Origin: Candidatus Parcubacteria bacterium
Lineage (GTDB): Bacteria; Patescibacteriota; Minisyncoccia; Phycocordibacterales; Zambryskibacteraceae
Length of the DNA stretch: 64,000 nucleotides
NCBI GenBank assembly: GCA_019661785.1
Contig: JAIFWP010000002.1
Location: 39,059-103,058 of the forward strand
Direction: 5' to 3'
A program made the position numbers and the translations under genes. A model generated the notes under the pieces. The model was not told the origin of the DNA. It saw only the letters and a program-made list of their open reading frames with translations, and searched no databases. Of the stretch, positions 36,086 through 45,400 are shown piece by piece (position 1 is the first letter of the stretch; the number at the start of each line of letters is the position of its first letter).

Positions 36086-36988
36086 TTAGATTCTTACTCT
36101 TATGCCTTCAGGGATATTGCCGAAGCAAGTGAATTTGCTTTTGTAGCTCGCCAGCTTGGCGCTAGTCATAAATGAGTTATAACGAGAGCTATTGCAAATG
36201 AGGTGATATTGAAAGTCGACATTGCCTGTGACCTGAAGGTCTCTTAGGAATCTTGCTACCTGAGTCTCAGTCGTATCTGGCGTAAGGCTAATGTCAATAC
36301 AGCTTCCAGCTTGAGACAAGTCTTTTGTGTTACAAACAGTCAATGGCGTTGTAGATGTGGCAAAAGGAAAGGCCGCGCTTATCTCCCATGGGACGGCCAC
36401 ATACTCTCCTTTGGCATCGTCTATCGCGTCACGGACAACACTCACTTTAGACCAGAAGGCCAAGAGCCGATCATTCAAGGTTTTCTGTACGTAACACGGG
36501 TTATTGGTGCAGGCGTTTGAGTCTATCGGGATTATCGCTGCGATGGGCACGCAATTATTGGTGCAGCCTAATTCGGCCGCAGTTTTAGTTGCTAGGCTTC
36601 CCTTGATTGCCTGGCCTTGCTTGACTGGCTGCAGGGCAAACTGGATATTAACTAGGCCTGGATTCACTGTATTAAGTATCGTGTAGGCGCTTATGGCCAA
36701 AAGCAGCCCGATGAGAGCGTTTTGTATAGTCTCTTTGGCGGAGGATTTGCCGCTGAAGGCATCTGTCGACATGTACTGTATGCCGCCAATGATAATGCGT
36801 ATGACTGCCAATCCGCCAGCGATAGCGATGATGAGCTTTATCATGGCCGGGATGTACGTGCTCACATCTATAGAGCCGACTATGTCCCCGCCTTTTCCTA
36901 GGGGAAGTTTTTCAAGGAGGGTGTAATCAGCCGCGTGGAGATGTGTGATAAGGAAGGAGAGCATGTTAGAAGCTGTTCTGCTTGCCAA
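36086..36988 (-). CDS. VirB2/TrbC-like pilin fused to a Cys-rich C-terminal domain
   Basis: The N-terminal ~115 aa form two hydrophobic helices (MIKLIIAIAGGLAVIRIIIGGIQYM...ALIGLLLAISAYTILNTVNP), as in TrbC/VirB2 pilins. A 180-aa domain with 12 Cys follows. Confidence 0.4.
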   Translation of the reverse strand: MASRTASNMLSFLITHLHAADYTLLEKLPLGKGGDIVGSIDVSTYIPAMIKLIIAIAGGLAVIRIIIGGIQYMSTDAFSGKSSAKETIQNALIGLLLAISAYTILNTVNPGLVNIQFALQPVKQGQAIKGSLATKTAAELGCTNNCVPIAAIIPIDSNACTNNPCYVQKTLNDRLLAFWSKVSVVRDAIDDAKGEYVAVPWEISAAFPFATSTTPLTVCNTKDLSQAGSCIDISLTPDTTETQVARFLRDLQVTGNVDFQYHLICNSSRYNSFMTSAKLASYKSKFTCFGNIPEGIRVRI

Positions 36989-37712
36989 ATTGTACCAGGA
37001 AACTCTTGTCGAGCGGCTGCACGAGGGCAGATTTGTTCCTTGCCTCCACTGTTACCCTAGAGCTGCCGCTCGAGTTGTCTGGTATGCGGTAGGTGACCTT
37101 GTTGCCTGAGCGGTCGTCGCTCCCGCTTGCGAGCCATCGGTATGTCTCAGCCGGAGCAGTGCGGCTTGATACGCCAGAGAAGAACGGTAGGGCTGAGAAG
37201 GAGACCTCTTGTCCGCCGAGGTCGAAGCTTTCCCCTATGGCACGGTGAAGCATGAGCCCATAGAGAGGGCTATCTTCAACAACTAGAGTCTCTGAGGTCG
37301 TTGGGATGAGGCTCACCGAAGCGCTGCCTACATCTGTTTGTCCGTCTGGCAACGTGACGTCGACTCGAACTTCGGTTGGGAGAGAGAGGACAGAGTCATT
37401 CCATGAGAGGGTCCTCCTCCCTGCTCCAGAGCTGTTGCCGAGCACGGTACCGCCTTGAGTCCATTTATATATAAGAGCGTTGGGGTTAGTGTTTCCGCTC
37501 ACCACAGCCACCAAAGTTATCCTGGTCTGGTGCCCCCATAAAGCACGTCCAAGGTAGAAGGGAGGAGTGTAAGTCTCTCCTTGCCAGAGGATGTCCACCT
37601 TGGTTGGCGCTGGCAGAGTCTGTGCGGATGCTCCCACTGGCAGAATCAAAGTCAAAAAAAAGAGATGAGGGAGCAGAGCTCTTCGAAATGTCATCTGTCT
37701 ATTATATACCAA
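36966..37712 (-). CDS. Secreted hypothetical protein (signal peptide) in T4SS-like operon
   Basis: A 248-aa protein with an N-terminal signal peptide (LTLILPVGASAQ), a beta-rich sequence, and no known family. Confidence 0.4.
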   Translation of the reverse strand: MVYNRQMTFRRALLPHLFFLTLILPVGASAQTLPAPTKVDILWQGETYTPPFYLGRALWGHQTRITLVAVVSGNTNPNALIYKWTQGGTVLGNSSGAGRRTLSWNDSVLSLPTEVRVDVTLPDGQTDVGSASVSLIPTTSETLVVEDSPLYGLMLHRAIGESFDLGGQEVSFSALPFFSGVSSRTAPAETYRWLASGSDDRSGNKVTYRIPDNSSGSSRVTVEARNKSALVQPLDKSFLVQFGKQNSF

Positions 37713-38067
37713 CAGTTTTCTTGATTTTGTAGTCTAGGGCTATCCGAGCGATAAGACCGGTCCAGACAGGAAGATCGCCCAAGAATGGGATTAATTTTAT
37801 GACGACACTGGCGCCGATTAGCTTGCCCCTTCTTGCTGTGAAGAAGTCGAGACCCTTCAGTTTGAACCAAAGCCAGAAAGTAAAGATAGCCACTGGCGGT
37901 ACAAGCAGCCATCCGAGGAAGATAAAATCCAAAAGAGCTTGCATTGCGTCGAAAAACAAAGCCACAGCTATCATGAAAGCAATAGTTTTGTTGTCGAGCT
38001 CGGGCTGTTTTTTGGACTCAGGCTCTGTTGGCGGTTGCGGTGCTTGTTGCTGTGGTTGCGGCGGCAT
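37702..38067 (-). CDS. Small 3-TM membrane protein with Pro/Gln-rich N-terminus, immediately downstream of VirB4
   Basis: A 121-aa ORF. It overlaps the VirB4 stop by 50 nt. Confidence 0.35.
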   Translation of the reverse strand: MPPQPQQQAPQPPTEPESKKQPELDNKTIAFMIAVALFFDAMQALLDFIFLGWLLVPPVAIFTFWLWFKLKGLDFFTARRGKLIGASVVIKLIPFLGDLPVWTGLIARIALDYKIKKTVGI

Positions 38068-39889
38068 TTGGTTCCTTAGACTCCTCTAATTCTAACTTGG
38101 CTTTCTTCATGGCGAGGACCTGGCCTGGGTCTGAGGTGATGATCTGGTCCTCGGTATAGCTTGCAATGACCTTAATGGCCACATGCTTCAATCCGGCAAA
38201 GAAGATACCCTCCCCCACATCAGACTCGAGGAGGAGATACTTCTCTTCGTCGGTGAGGTTAAAGGTCTTCTGCAAGTTGTCGATAGTGGTCGGCGACTGC
38301 TTCAGGAGTATTTGGATGGAGGAGTTTGTGATGATAGGCAGACCATAAGGCGATTTCAAGAAGTCGCCTACGTCTTGAGTGATGGTGGCGACGCCCAAGT
38401 AGTACTTGCGTCCGCGCTTCACGAGGCCGGTGAGGAAGCTCGCTGTGTCGTCCGACTTCATCATCCACCAGGCCTCGTCGATGACGAGGAGGCGCTTCTT
38501 CAGCTCTCTTCTCACGGCATTCCAGATGAAGTGGGTGACGATGTACATGGCTATGGGCTTCAACTCATCTTCCATATCGCGGAGCGAGAAGACAACGAGC
38601 TTCTTCGATATGTCGACATTTGTCGGTCTGTTTATGAATCCTGACCAAGTGCCCTTGGTGTACTTTGTAAGGCGTTGGGCTAAGGACTCCCCTCCCTCAA
38701 GGCCGGTGAGCACGAGCTCGAAGTCGCTCATGAGAGGCGGCTCTATAGAGCGGAAGTCAGAGTCGGCAGTGATGTCTTTAAGAGCATAGGTCTCAGTGAT
38801 GGCGCGGTCGATGAGAGCATCTTCCTCGGCGGTGAGTCCGCCCATCATGAGGCGGAAGAGGCCCACGAGGTTAATGATGTTCGAGCGCAAGACATTTGCC
38901 GGGTCTTCGTCTGCTACTGGTATCGGAAGGTCGAAGGGGTTGATGTGGTGCTCGGAGTTTAAGGAAATCTTGAAGTACCTGCCGCCCACGACCTCGGCCA
39001 TGTACTCGTACTCGTTTTCTGGGTCCATAATCATGACATCTGTGTCGAACATGAGTGTTCTCAAGATTTCGAGCTTGGTGAGGTAGCTCTTGCCGGCACC
39101 GGACTTAGCAAAGGTGACGGAGTTGTAGTTCTCAAGACTGAATCGGTCGAAGAGCACGAGCGAGGAGTTGTGCCTGTTCACTCCGTAGAGGATGCCCTTG
39201 TCGCTCGTGAGGTCAAAGGAGGTGAATGGGAAGAGCGAAGAGAGCGGTGATGAATTTAACTTCTGGTGCACGCCCAGGAGGTCGTCACCAAGTGGCAGAG
39301 TCGACTTGTAGCCCTGCTCTTGTTGGAAGAGAGCCGGCTTCACATAGACGAGCTTGGCCTCGAGGATGCCCTTGATCTCGTTCTCGATTTTGTCGAGCTC
39401 AAGCTCGGAGTCGGCGTAGATAGTTATATAGAGCCCAACGTCGAAGAGCTTTTCCTGTGCTTGCTGGAGCTGGTCGCGCAAGTTCTCCAGGTCTTGGTAG
39501 GCCACATCGAGCATTGGATCGCGCACTAAGCCCTTGTCCTCTCTCTCGTGAATCTGCGATTCTACCTCGGCCACCTTCTTTTGGAACTGGTGCAGTATCT
39601 TAGACGTCTCGATAGGATGCACGAAGATAGCCACGTCGAAGACCTTGTCCATATTGAGTACCGGCGAGAACCACTCTTCGGAGAGGAAGCGCGGATAAGA
39701 GATGACGAAGAAGCTCCTAAGTATCTTCTCACCCAGGTCGAGTCCTCGGGGAGAGATTTTCAATGCTGAGGGGGCGATAATGTCTTTCAATTCCAATGCT
39801 CCGGCCTGGTAAACCTCAGCTGGCAGGATAGAAGCGAGATTTGGCTTCTCTTCCTTCTTCCTTCCTAATAATGTGTCGAAGAGTCCCAT
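38018..39889 (-). CDS. virB4: VirB4/TraE-family type IV secretion ATPase (Gram-positive type), C-terminal 623-aa part
   Basis: Carries RSFFVISYPRFLSEEW (the TraE/TcpF-type motif), Walker A FAKSGAGKSY, and Walker B LLVIDEAWWMM. Confidence 0.75.
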   Translation of the reverse strand: MGLFDTLLGRKKEEKPNLASILPAEVYQAGALELKDIIAPSALKISPRGLDLGEKILRSFFVISYPRFLSEEWFSPVLNMDKVFDVAIFVHPIETSKILHQFQKKVAEVESQIHEREDKGLVRDPMLDVAYQDLENLRDQLQQAQEKLFDVGLYITIYADSELELDKIENEIKGILEAKLVYVKPALFQQEQGYKSTLPLGDDLLGVHQKLNSSPLSSLFPFTSFDLTSDKGILYGVNRHNSSLVLFDRFSLENYNSVTFAKSGAGKSYLTKLEILRTLMFDTDVMIMDPENEYEYMAEVVGGRYFKISLNSEHHINPFDLPIPVADEDPANVLRSNIINLVGLFRLMMGGLTAEEDALIDRAITETYALKDITADSDFRSIEPPLMSDFELVLTGLEGGESLAQRLTKYTKGTWSGFINRPTNVDISKKLVVFSLRDMEDELKPIAMYIVTHFIWNAVRRELKKRLLVIDEAWWMMKSDDTASFLTGLVKRGRKYYLGVATITQDVGDFLKSPYGLPIITNSSIQILLKQSPTTIDNLQKTFNLTDEEKYLLLESDVGEGIFFAGLKHVAIKVIASYTEDQIITSDPGQVLAMKKAKLELEESKEPNAAATTATSTATANRA

Positions 39890-39890
39890 A

Positions 39891-40532
39891 TTACTTTTTT
39901 ACTAGAGCTTTCTCTGTCTCGCCTGGGTTGAAGGCTTTATAAAACAGCTCTATCACTTCGTCAGTGCCGAGCCTTGCCACTCGTATGCCAGTGCGCACTA
40001 GCCCCTGCTCAACGATAGCCAGGCGTTCCTCGAGCTGGGTACGAGCTTCCTCGAAGCCGGAGGTCTTCTCCCCTGCCTTATCCTTAGAGCTTTTCTTGCC
40101 GAGGAAGGAGGTCAGAGCGCCGACCTTCTCCCCTGAGATGGCACCCGGGTTATAGGAGACTACTACAAAGAAGTTCTTGGTCATAATGTTAGTCGACTCG
40201 GTGAAGCTCCTTATGAACTCTATATACTCCCTGGTCTGGATTTTCATAAGGTCTACTTGCTGCTCCTTCTCCTGCTTCTCAAGGAGAGCGAGATAGGGGC
40301 GGATGTCGAGTTTTCTCGATTGGATGACGATTTGGACCGAGAAGTCGAGCGAATTGAGGAAGTCTTGGAACTGGAGGAGAATAGCGTTCTTCTCATCCTC
40401 GGATTTGAGGGAGAAGTTCAAGGACGAGGCCAAGAGGATGCCTCGCATGCCGCCATCCTTCTCTAAGATGATGCCGTCGCGGACTTCTTTGATAGGAACG
40501 AAAGATTGAGTCGAGCTTGAACTCGGTGCCAT
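39891..40532 (-). CDS. VirB4 N-terminal-domain-like protein (separate ORF)
   Basis: FVPIKEVRDGIILEKDGGMRGILLASSLNFSLKSEDEKNAILLQFQDFLNSL resembles the extreme N-terminus of Gram-positive VirB4/TraE proteins. The ORF ends in a TAA-n-ATG junction with the ATPase ORF. Confidence 0.4.
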   Translation of the reverse strand: MAPSSSSTQSFVPIKEVRDGIILEKDGGMRGILLASSLNFSLKSEDEKNAILLQFQDFLNSLDFSVQIVIQSRKLDIRPYLALLEKQEKEQQVDLMKIQTREYIEFIRSFTESTNIMTKNFFVVVSYNPGAISGEKVGALTSFLGKKSSKDKAGEKTSGFEEARTQLEERLAIVEQGLVRTGIRVARLGTDEVIELFYKAFNPGETEKALVKK

Positions 40533-40539
40533 GAGTAAA

Positions 40540-40977
40540 TTATACAGTATCTTTGGTCTGATCTTTTGTAATGGGGTTCGACTGATTCTTCACATCGAGC
40601 TCGAAGGTGAGGTCACGGAGCTTTGACTGTGACAGCTTGGGCACGTATACCTGGTCGTAAGGTTTGCCGGCCGGATCATCAGCCTTCCCCTTAGTCTCTT
40701 CACTCCGCTTCCATATATATAGTCTGCCGCCCACGTAGTACTTAAAGAAATCTTCAATGATGAGGGCGAAGGGGCGCTCGTTGACCTTGAAGAAGGCTAG
40801 GGCCAAGCCTAGACCGGCTACAGGCAGGGAGAGGATGATGGCTATGAACTTGGGCAAAAGGGTGAAGAGGACCGCGCACAAGCCCGCCGCTCCGGCGAGG
40901 TAGACGAACTGCTTGAAGGTCAAAGGGCCGAATATCTTGTCCTCCACCTCAATGTATTGTGGTACTTGGAAGCGCAT
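40540..40977 (-). CDS. PrgI-like (VirB3-analogue) small membrane protein
   Basis: MRFQVPQYIEVEDKIFGPLTFKQFVYLAGAAG followed by two TM helices matches the PrgI-family N-terminal signature. Confidence 0.45.
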   Translation of the reverse strand: MRFQVPQYIEVEDKIFGPLTFKQFVYLAGAAGLCAVLFTLLPKFIAIILSLPVAGLGLALAFFKVNERPFALIIEDFFKYYVGGRLYIWKRSEETKGKADDPAGKPYDQVYVPKLSQSKLRDLTFELDVKNQSNPITKDQTKDTV

Positions 40978-40978
40978 G

Positions 40979-41620
40979 TTAGTTGGTGGGCTCTCTATAT
41001 GGATCTAAGCCGCCAGGGTACTTCGAACTTTGGCTTGGGCTTGCGACGACCTGGGTCAGTTTCTCTGTTATAAAATCCTTCGGCTTATCGGCCGGCATGC
41101 TTGGCAAGTTGGCGGGAGCAAGAGAGGTCTTTGACGCATTCATCACAGGAGGCTCGAGCTTGAGCTCTTGAGGAGGGGCCTCAAGTGGGATGCGATTTAC
41201 AGAAGGCGCGCTCGCCCCGCTCTGCTCGACGACAACTCTCGGAGCAATCTCCTGTGTAGCCGGCTTAGTATCTGGCATGCTCTGCAAAGTCTCATCGGTT
41301 TTCTGTGCTAATTCAGTCGCTTTGGCTAATATGACTGCAAAGACTTTATCCTCAATCTCTTTGGCAAGGGTCACCGCTTTAGACATATCGATGCCGAGCT
41401 CTCTAGCAATATTAGCTGCGAAGTTATCATCGCTATCGAAGCTATAGATGATGAGCATCGTCTCAGTTTCAAGGCTATCGGCCTTGGCTTCATCCAGCCC
41501 ATTCATTATCGAGATGCCTCGAGTGAGCTTGCGCCAAGGAGTGAGTGAAATGGCTCTCTGCACTGGCTGAGGCAAGGTCTTGAATTGCTCTTGTATTAAC
41601 TTGTCTGTGTCTTGCTCCAT
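40979..41620 (-). CDS. Hypothetical cytoplasmic protein in T4SS-like operon
   Basis: The ORF track starts at 41698 and overlaps the upstream gene. Met27 (41620) is preferred, giving a helical N-terminal half and a Pro/Ala/Ser-rich C-terminal half. Confidence 0.35.
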   Translation of the reverse strand: MEQDTDKLIQEQFKTLPQPVQRAISLTPWRKLTRGISIMNGLDEAKADSLETETMLIIYSFDSDDNFAANIARELGIDMSKAVTLAKEIEDKVFAVILAKATELAQKTDETLQSMPDTKPATQEIAPRVVVEQSGASAPSVNRIPLEAPPQELKLEPPVMNASKTSLAPANLPSMPADKPKDFITEKLTQVVASPSQSSKYPGGLDPYREPTN

Positions 41621-41621
41621 A

Positions 41622-43664
41622 TTATGGCGTTGGTGTTGCTGGCGGCGGCACTCCTCCTCCAGTTGGCGGAGTTGCTGGCGTGGCAGGGGCTCCCGCATCT
41701 TCTGCGGCTTGTCCAGCTTTGTTTAACTCCTCGGCCAATTTGTCAGCTGGCTTCTTATCCTTTGCTTTTTTACGTATAGCTATTGCTCCGGCCAGGTTCT
41801 CTCTCTTTACTGGACCGAATATGAGTACGCGGCCGGTTGTATCAAAGCCCACATATCTGTTGCCCATGCCGAAGGTCTTCTGCTCCTCAATCTCTTTGGC
41901 GTAGGCTTCCGCCCTGCTTCTTTGTGCGCTTTTAACTTCCTCTGGCGCCCAGCCAATTCCTGCTGCCTTGGCCTGATCTTTGGCTTCTTTTTCGCTGAGG
42001 CCAGTTGCCTTGAGCCTCTCCACTTCGCGCGTCCTTTCTGTTTCCAGCCTGTCCATTTCAGCCTTAGAGCCCTTTTTATCAAAGCCGTTTTTAATAAGAT
42101 CTAATTGCTTTCTCTTGCGTGCCTCGTCTTCATTGACTCCCTTGAGATCGTCAACATCCTTCTGGGCAGCGGCTATCCTGATTGCGTTGCCAGTTTGCTT
42201 GGCCGCCTCGAGCTTTTTCTCCGCGTCAGAAATGACGATGTCAGACGGTTTGAAGTTCTCAGCAGCTTGCTCCGCGCCCTTGATCTTGTTCTTCAAGTCA
42301 GCAGCGAAGCCTCCCTTCTGAGCTTTGCCCGCATCAAGCGCTCCGCCAACTGGAGTCGCGCGCAGGTCGAAGCTCGATGCCGCCGTACCTCGGCCCGCAG
42401 CGAGAGTGTACTTAGCAAGCTTGGAGAAGCGAGATGAAGAGACGGCCGTTTTCTTCAGGGCCTCGCTGTCGGCTACTGCTTGACCGAGTCTGCCGACAGT
42501 ACCGCGATTGAAGCGCCCTGCCAGGCCAAGGCTTGTGCCTCCAGCCAGTCCAAGCGCTGCGCCAGTGAGCTTCTTTACCCCGCTTCCCGCTCGCTCGGCC
42601 CAGCTCTTCGAGACGATGAGCGAGACTATGAGGAAGGCGATGATGACTATGAAGTTGAGGAAGGTCGGCACGAGCCCCGCTTCGAAGTGGGCACTCGCTG
42701 CGCCGTTTGCCGCTGTTTTGACGGTTCCTGATAGGGCGGCGCTGAAGTCGCTCGGTGCCCCGTTCAGGTTCGCTTTTGTGATGCCTTGGATGACGACTAT
42801 AGATACCCAAGTGAGGAGGAAGTAGATAGGTGCAAAGAAGGCTTGTCCCAAGAGGGCGTCCCACCACTGTCCGCTATACTTCTTCACTCCGGGCAAAATA
42901 TTAGCGACAAAGGCTATTGGTGAAAGGATGAGGACAAAGATGAGCACGACGTAGCGTATGACGAACATGATACCTATAGCGAAGAAGATAAACGCCGAAA
43001 CTAGAAGGACGATAGAGGCCAGGATGCCCATGATGGAGAAATTTGATATATGCGATAATGCGCCGCCAGAGGCTTGCCAGAGAGTAGTGATACCCATGGG
43101 TTCGACGATAGCGTTTGATATGCCGCTTGAGAGGAAGTCAGCACCGGCACTAGGCGCTATAGCGCGGTAGAAGGTAAGGGCCAGCAGGTTCGATGCGTCG
43201 ATAATGACTTTGGTAAAAAATAGACTGAAGTTTATGAGTATGGCGGCTATAACTGTGCGCACGATAGTCTCGCGATAGTTCCCTTCCCCAAAGATGGTCA
43301 TAATGGCCGTGTAGAGGAGGACGAAGATGAATCCCATGTTGGCCACGTCGCGTATGACTCCCCAGGCCGTGTCGATGGCCGGCAAGTTGGCGAAGTTCTC
43401 CGCCATCTTTGTCACGGTGAAGTAGACTGCGGCATTGAGCGCCACGCCTCCGAGCATGGTGAGGAAGCTAGTTAGCTTCAAGAGCACGAGGACTAGCGGT
43501 GAGAGGATGGTGCCGATGAAGTCGAGCGTGACAAGGCCTGCGGCTTTGGCCCCAATGCTCGCGATGGCATCAGGGATAACGTTCTGGGCATGCGCTACAG
43601 GGACAAATCCAACTATGCTTATGGCGAGGACCAGGGCGGCGATGTATGGGGCGCTCTTTCTCAT
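41622..43664 (-). CDS. VirB6/TrbL-like polytopic membrane protein with long coiled-coil and Pro-rich tail
   Basis: A 680-aa protein with a signal peptide and at least 6 TM helices in its first 370 aa. A ~280-aa Lys/Glu/Ala-rich region follows, ending in PATPATPPTGGGVPPPATPTP. Confidence 0.45.
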   Translation of the reverse strand: MRKSAPYIAALVLAISIVGFVPVAHAQNVIPDAIASIGAKAAGLVTLDFIGTILSPLVLVLLKLTSFLTMLGGVALNAAVYFTVTKMAENFANLPAIDTAWGVIRDVANMGFIFVLLYTAIMTIFGEGNYRETIVRTVIAAILINFSLFFTKVIIDASNLLALTFYRAIAPSAGADFLSSGISNAIVEPMGITTLWQASGGALSHISNFSIMGILASIVLLVSAFIFFAIGIMFVIRYVVLIFVLILSPIAFVANILPGVKKYSGQWWDALLGQAFFAPIYFLLTWVSIVVIQGITKANLNGAPSDFSAALSGTVKTAANGAASAHFEAGLVPTFLNFIVIIAFLIVSLIVSKSWAERAGSGVKKLTGAALGLAGGTSLGLAGRFNRGTVGRLGQAVADSEALKKTAVSSSRFSKLAKYTLAAGRGTAASSFDLRATPVGGALDAGKAQKGGFAADLKNKIKGAEQAAENFKPSDIVISDAEKKLEAAKQTGNAIRIAAAQKDVDDLKGVNEDEARKRKQLDLIKNGFDKKGSKAEMDRLETERTREVERLKATGLSEKEAKDQAKAAGIGWAPEEVKSAQRSRAEAYAKEIEEQKTFGMGNRYVGFDTTGRVLIFGPVKRENLAGAIAIRKKAKDKKPADKLAEELNKAGQAAEDAGAPATPATPPTGGGVPPPATPTP

Positions 43665-45400
43665 GGGTTTGTTTCCTGAGTGCTGTCAGATACCTTAATA
43701 CTGCCGCAAGATACTGTGTCGATTGTATTTTGATCGGCATCTAGGGCTGATACGCTGGCCTTCTTGTCGCCCTCGCTAGTATATTTCAAAGCTAGGGTGT
43801 CAGAAGTAGCGTCGGAGCTGACATCGTCGCCCGACCATACGTACGAGGCGGTAGTGGTCGGTGCAGAGTTCACGGCCCATGTTACGAGAGCATTCGTATT
43901 AACGAAGGTCTTGTCTGGTGAGCAGGACAAGGCGATAGGCTGGCCATCGGGGTTGTTCACAGTGCCAATGCCGCGGTACTGGCACTTCTTTGCTATGCCT
44001 GGTACTGGGTCTCCGCCGAAGGATGAGATAGCGCATTTTACATTATTTTCAGCCGTACCAATATTATAAATACCGTTGGCGCCAAAACGTACCTGTTTTG
44101 TTCCGGGAAATGAGCATGTGCCGCCCTCGCTTGCACAGGTTATCCAGTTCGTGGATCCTTGGCCTTCCACCACGACACCTCTAGTCTGCCCGTAGTATGC
44201 GCATGTCTTAGGCACGACATTAAATTGAGCGGGCAGTTTGACAGCCCCGAAGACATCACTCGAACACTTGGCCCCATCAGTAAGAGTAAGCTCTATGTAA
44301 GTGCCGGCTGCCCCATAGCGCACCTTCTCCTCTCCGTCGAAGACGCACTGCTCGCCTTCCTTGGCGCAAGTAATCCATCCGAATTCAGGCATCTTCAAAG
44401 TAGATGAGTCCGCGCCAGCATTGAAGCTGTCGTTATACTTGCTGCTGAAGAGCCCCTTTGGACCGAAGACGTATCTCTGCAAGAGCCCGCTCGCGAAGGC
44501 TCCTACGAGCTGGTCTACCTGAGTCGCATTGACGAGCTTGTTCATGCCAGTTGGGAGAGTGTCATTGAGCTGCTTGGCGATGACAGAGCCAGGTGTGACA
44601 ACGTCGCCGTAGTCTAAGCAGGTTCCGGCAGGCTTATCGAGGTCGAATTTGCCGTAAGTGAAAGTGACATTCTCCTCTGGGACCACCCCATTCAGATAAT
44701 CCTCTATTACATCATCCGGTATCTTCGGATTCTTAGCCAAGCAGGGCTTGTAGCTTAGGAAGCCGCTGCTTATCTGCCTGTCTGTCTGAGCTAAGCCGAG
44801 CTCGTTCGCGAGCCTCGAGTCGATGTTTGACTTAATGTTGATATAAGAGCCGTATGGGTTGTTGTTGTCTTGCTGGGTCATATCGAACCAGGCTCCCCAT
44901 CCCCCGGCACTGAAGCTCTTGTAGAAGTCGGTAAGGTTCCTCCCTATCTGGTCGAAAGTACATTGGGGCTGGTATTCCTGCACATATTGCTGCACGAGCG
45001 AGAGCTTGATCTGAGCCTGGAAAGGCGAACACACGAAGCCTAAGTTGGAGCCGCTTATCGCGTCCGTAATAACTCCCTCGCCGATTTTGCCGAAGTATCT
45101 TTTCGGATTTGTCACATAGGCTGGGTTGCCCTCGAAGCCGGTATTGGCCCAGGTGATAGTCGACTTGACCATATTGTCGATAATCCTCCTTGCATAGACT
45201 TGCGCGGCGGCGTCGATAAGCCTCTTAGCCAGAGCCGCTACGTCCGTCGTGATAGAGGTGTCGACGATACCGAATATCGCTTGCGCCTTAGGCGCGAAGG
45301 CCGGGGCATAGAAGAAGCTTGCCACTGTGAGCATGAGCAAAGTCCCCAGGATCTTTCCGCTCACTTTTTCTGCAAAGTTTTTTGTAAGTTTAGAGTCCAT
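43661..45400 (-). CDS. Large secreted protein with duplicated 4-Cys ~75-aa modules
   Basis: A 579-aa protein with a signal/TM at its N-terminus. The modules WITCAKEGEQCVFDGEEKVRYGAAGTY...KC...KTCAYYG and WITCASEGGTCSFPGTKQVRFGANGIY...KC...KKCQYRG form a tandem repeat. Confidence 0.4.
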   Translation of the reverse strand: MDSKLTKNFAEKVSGKILGTLLMLTVASFFYAPAFAPKAQAIFGIVDTSITTDVAALAKRLIDAAAQVYARRIIDNMVKSTITWANTGFEGNPAYVTNPKRYFGKIGEGVITDAISGSNLGFVCSPFQAQIKLSLVQQYVQEYQPQCTFDQIGRNLTDFYKSFSAGGWGAWFDMTQQDNNNPYGSYINIKSNIDSRLANELGLAQTDRQISSGFLSYKPCLAKNPKIPDDVIEDYLNGVVPEENVTFTYGKFDLDKPAGTCLDYGDVVTPGSVIAKQLNDTLPTGMNKLVNATQVDQLVGAFASGLLQRYVFGPKGLFSSKYNDSFNAGADSSTLKMPEFGWITCAKEGEQCVFDGEEKVRYGAAGTYIELTLTDGAKCSSDVFGAVKLPAQFNVVPKTCAYYGQTRGVVVEGQGSTNWITCASEGGTCSFPGTKQVRFGANGIYNIGTAENNVKCAISSFGGDPVPGIAKKCQYRGIGTVNNPDGQPIALSCSPDKTFVNTNALVTWAVNSAPTTTASYVWSGDDVSSDATSDTLALKYTSEGDKKASVSALDADQNTIDTVSCGSIKVSDSTQETNP

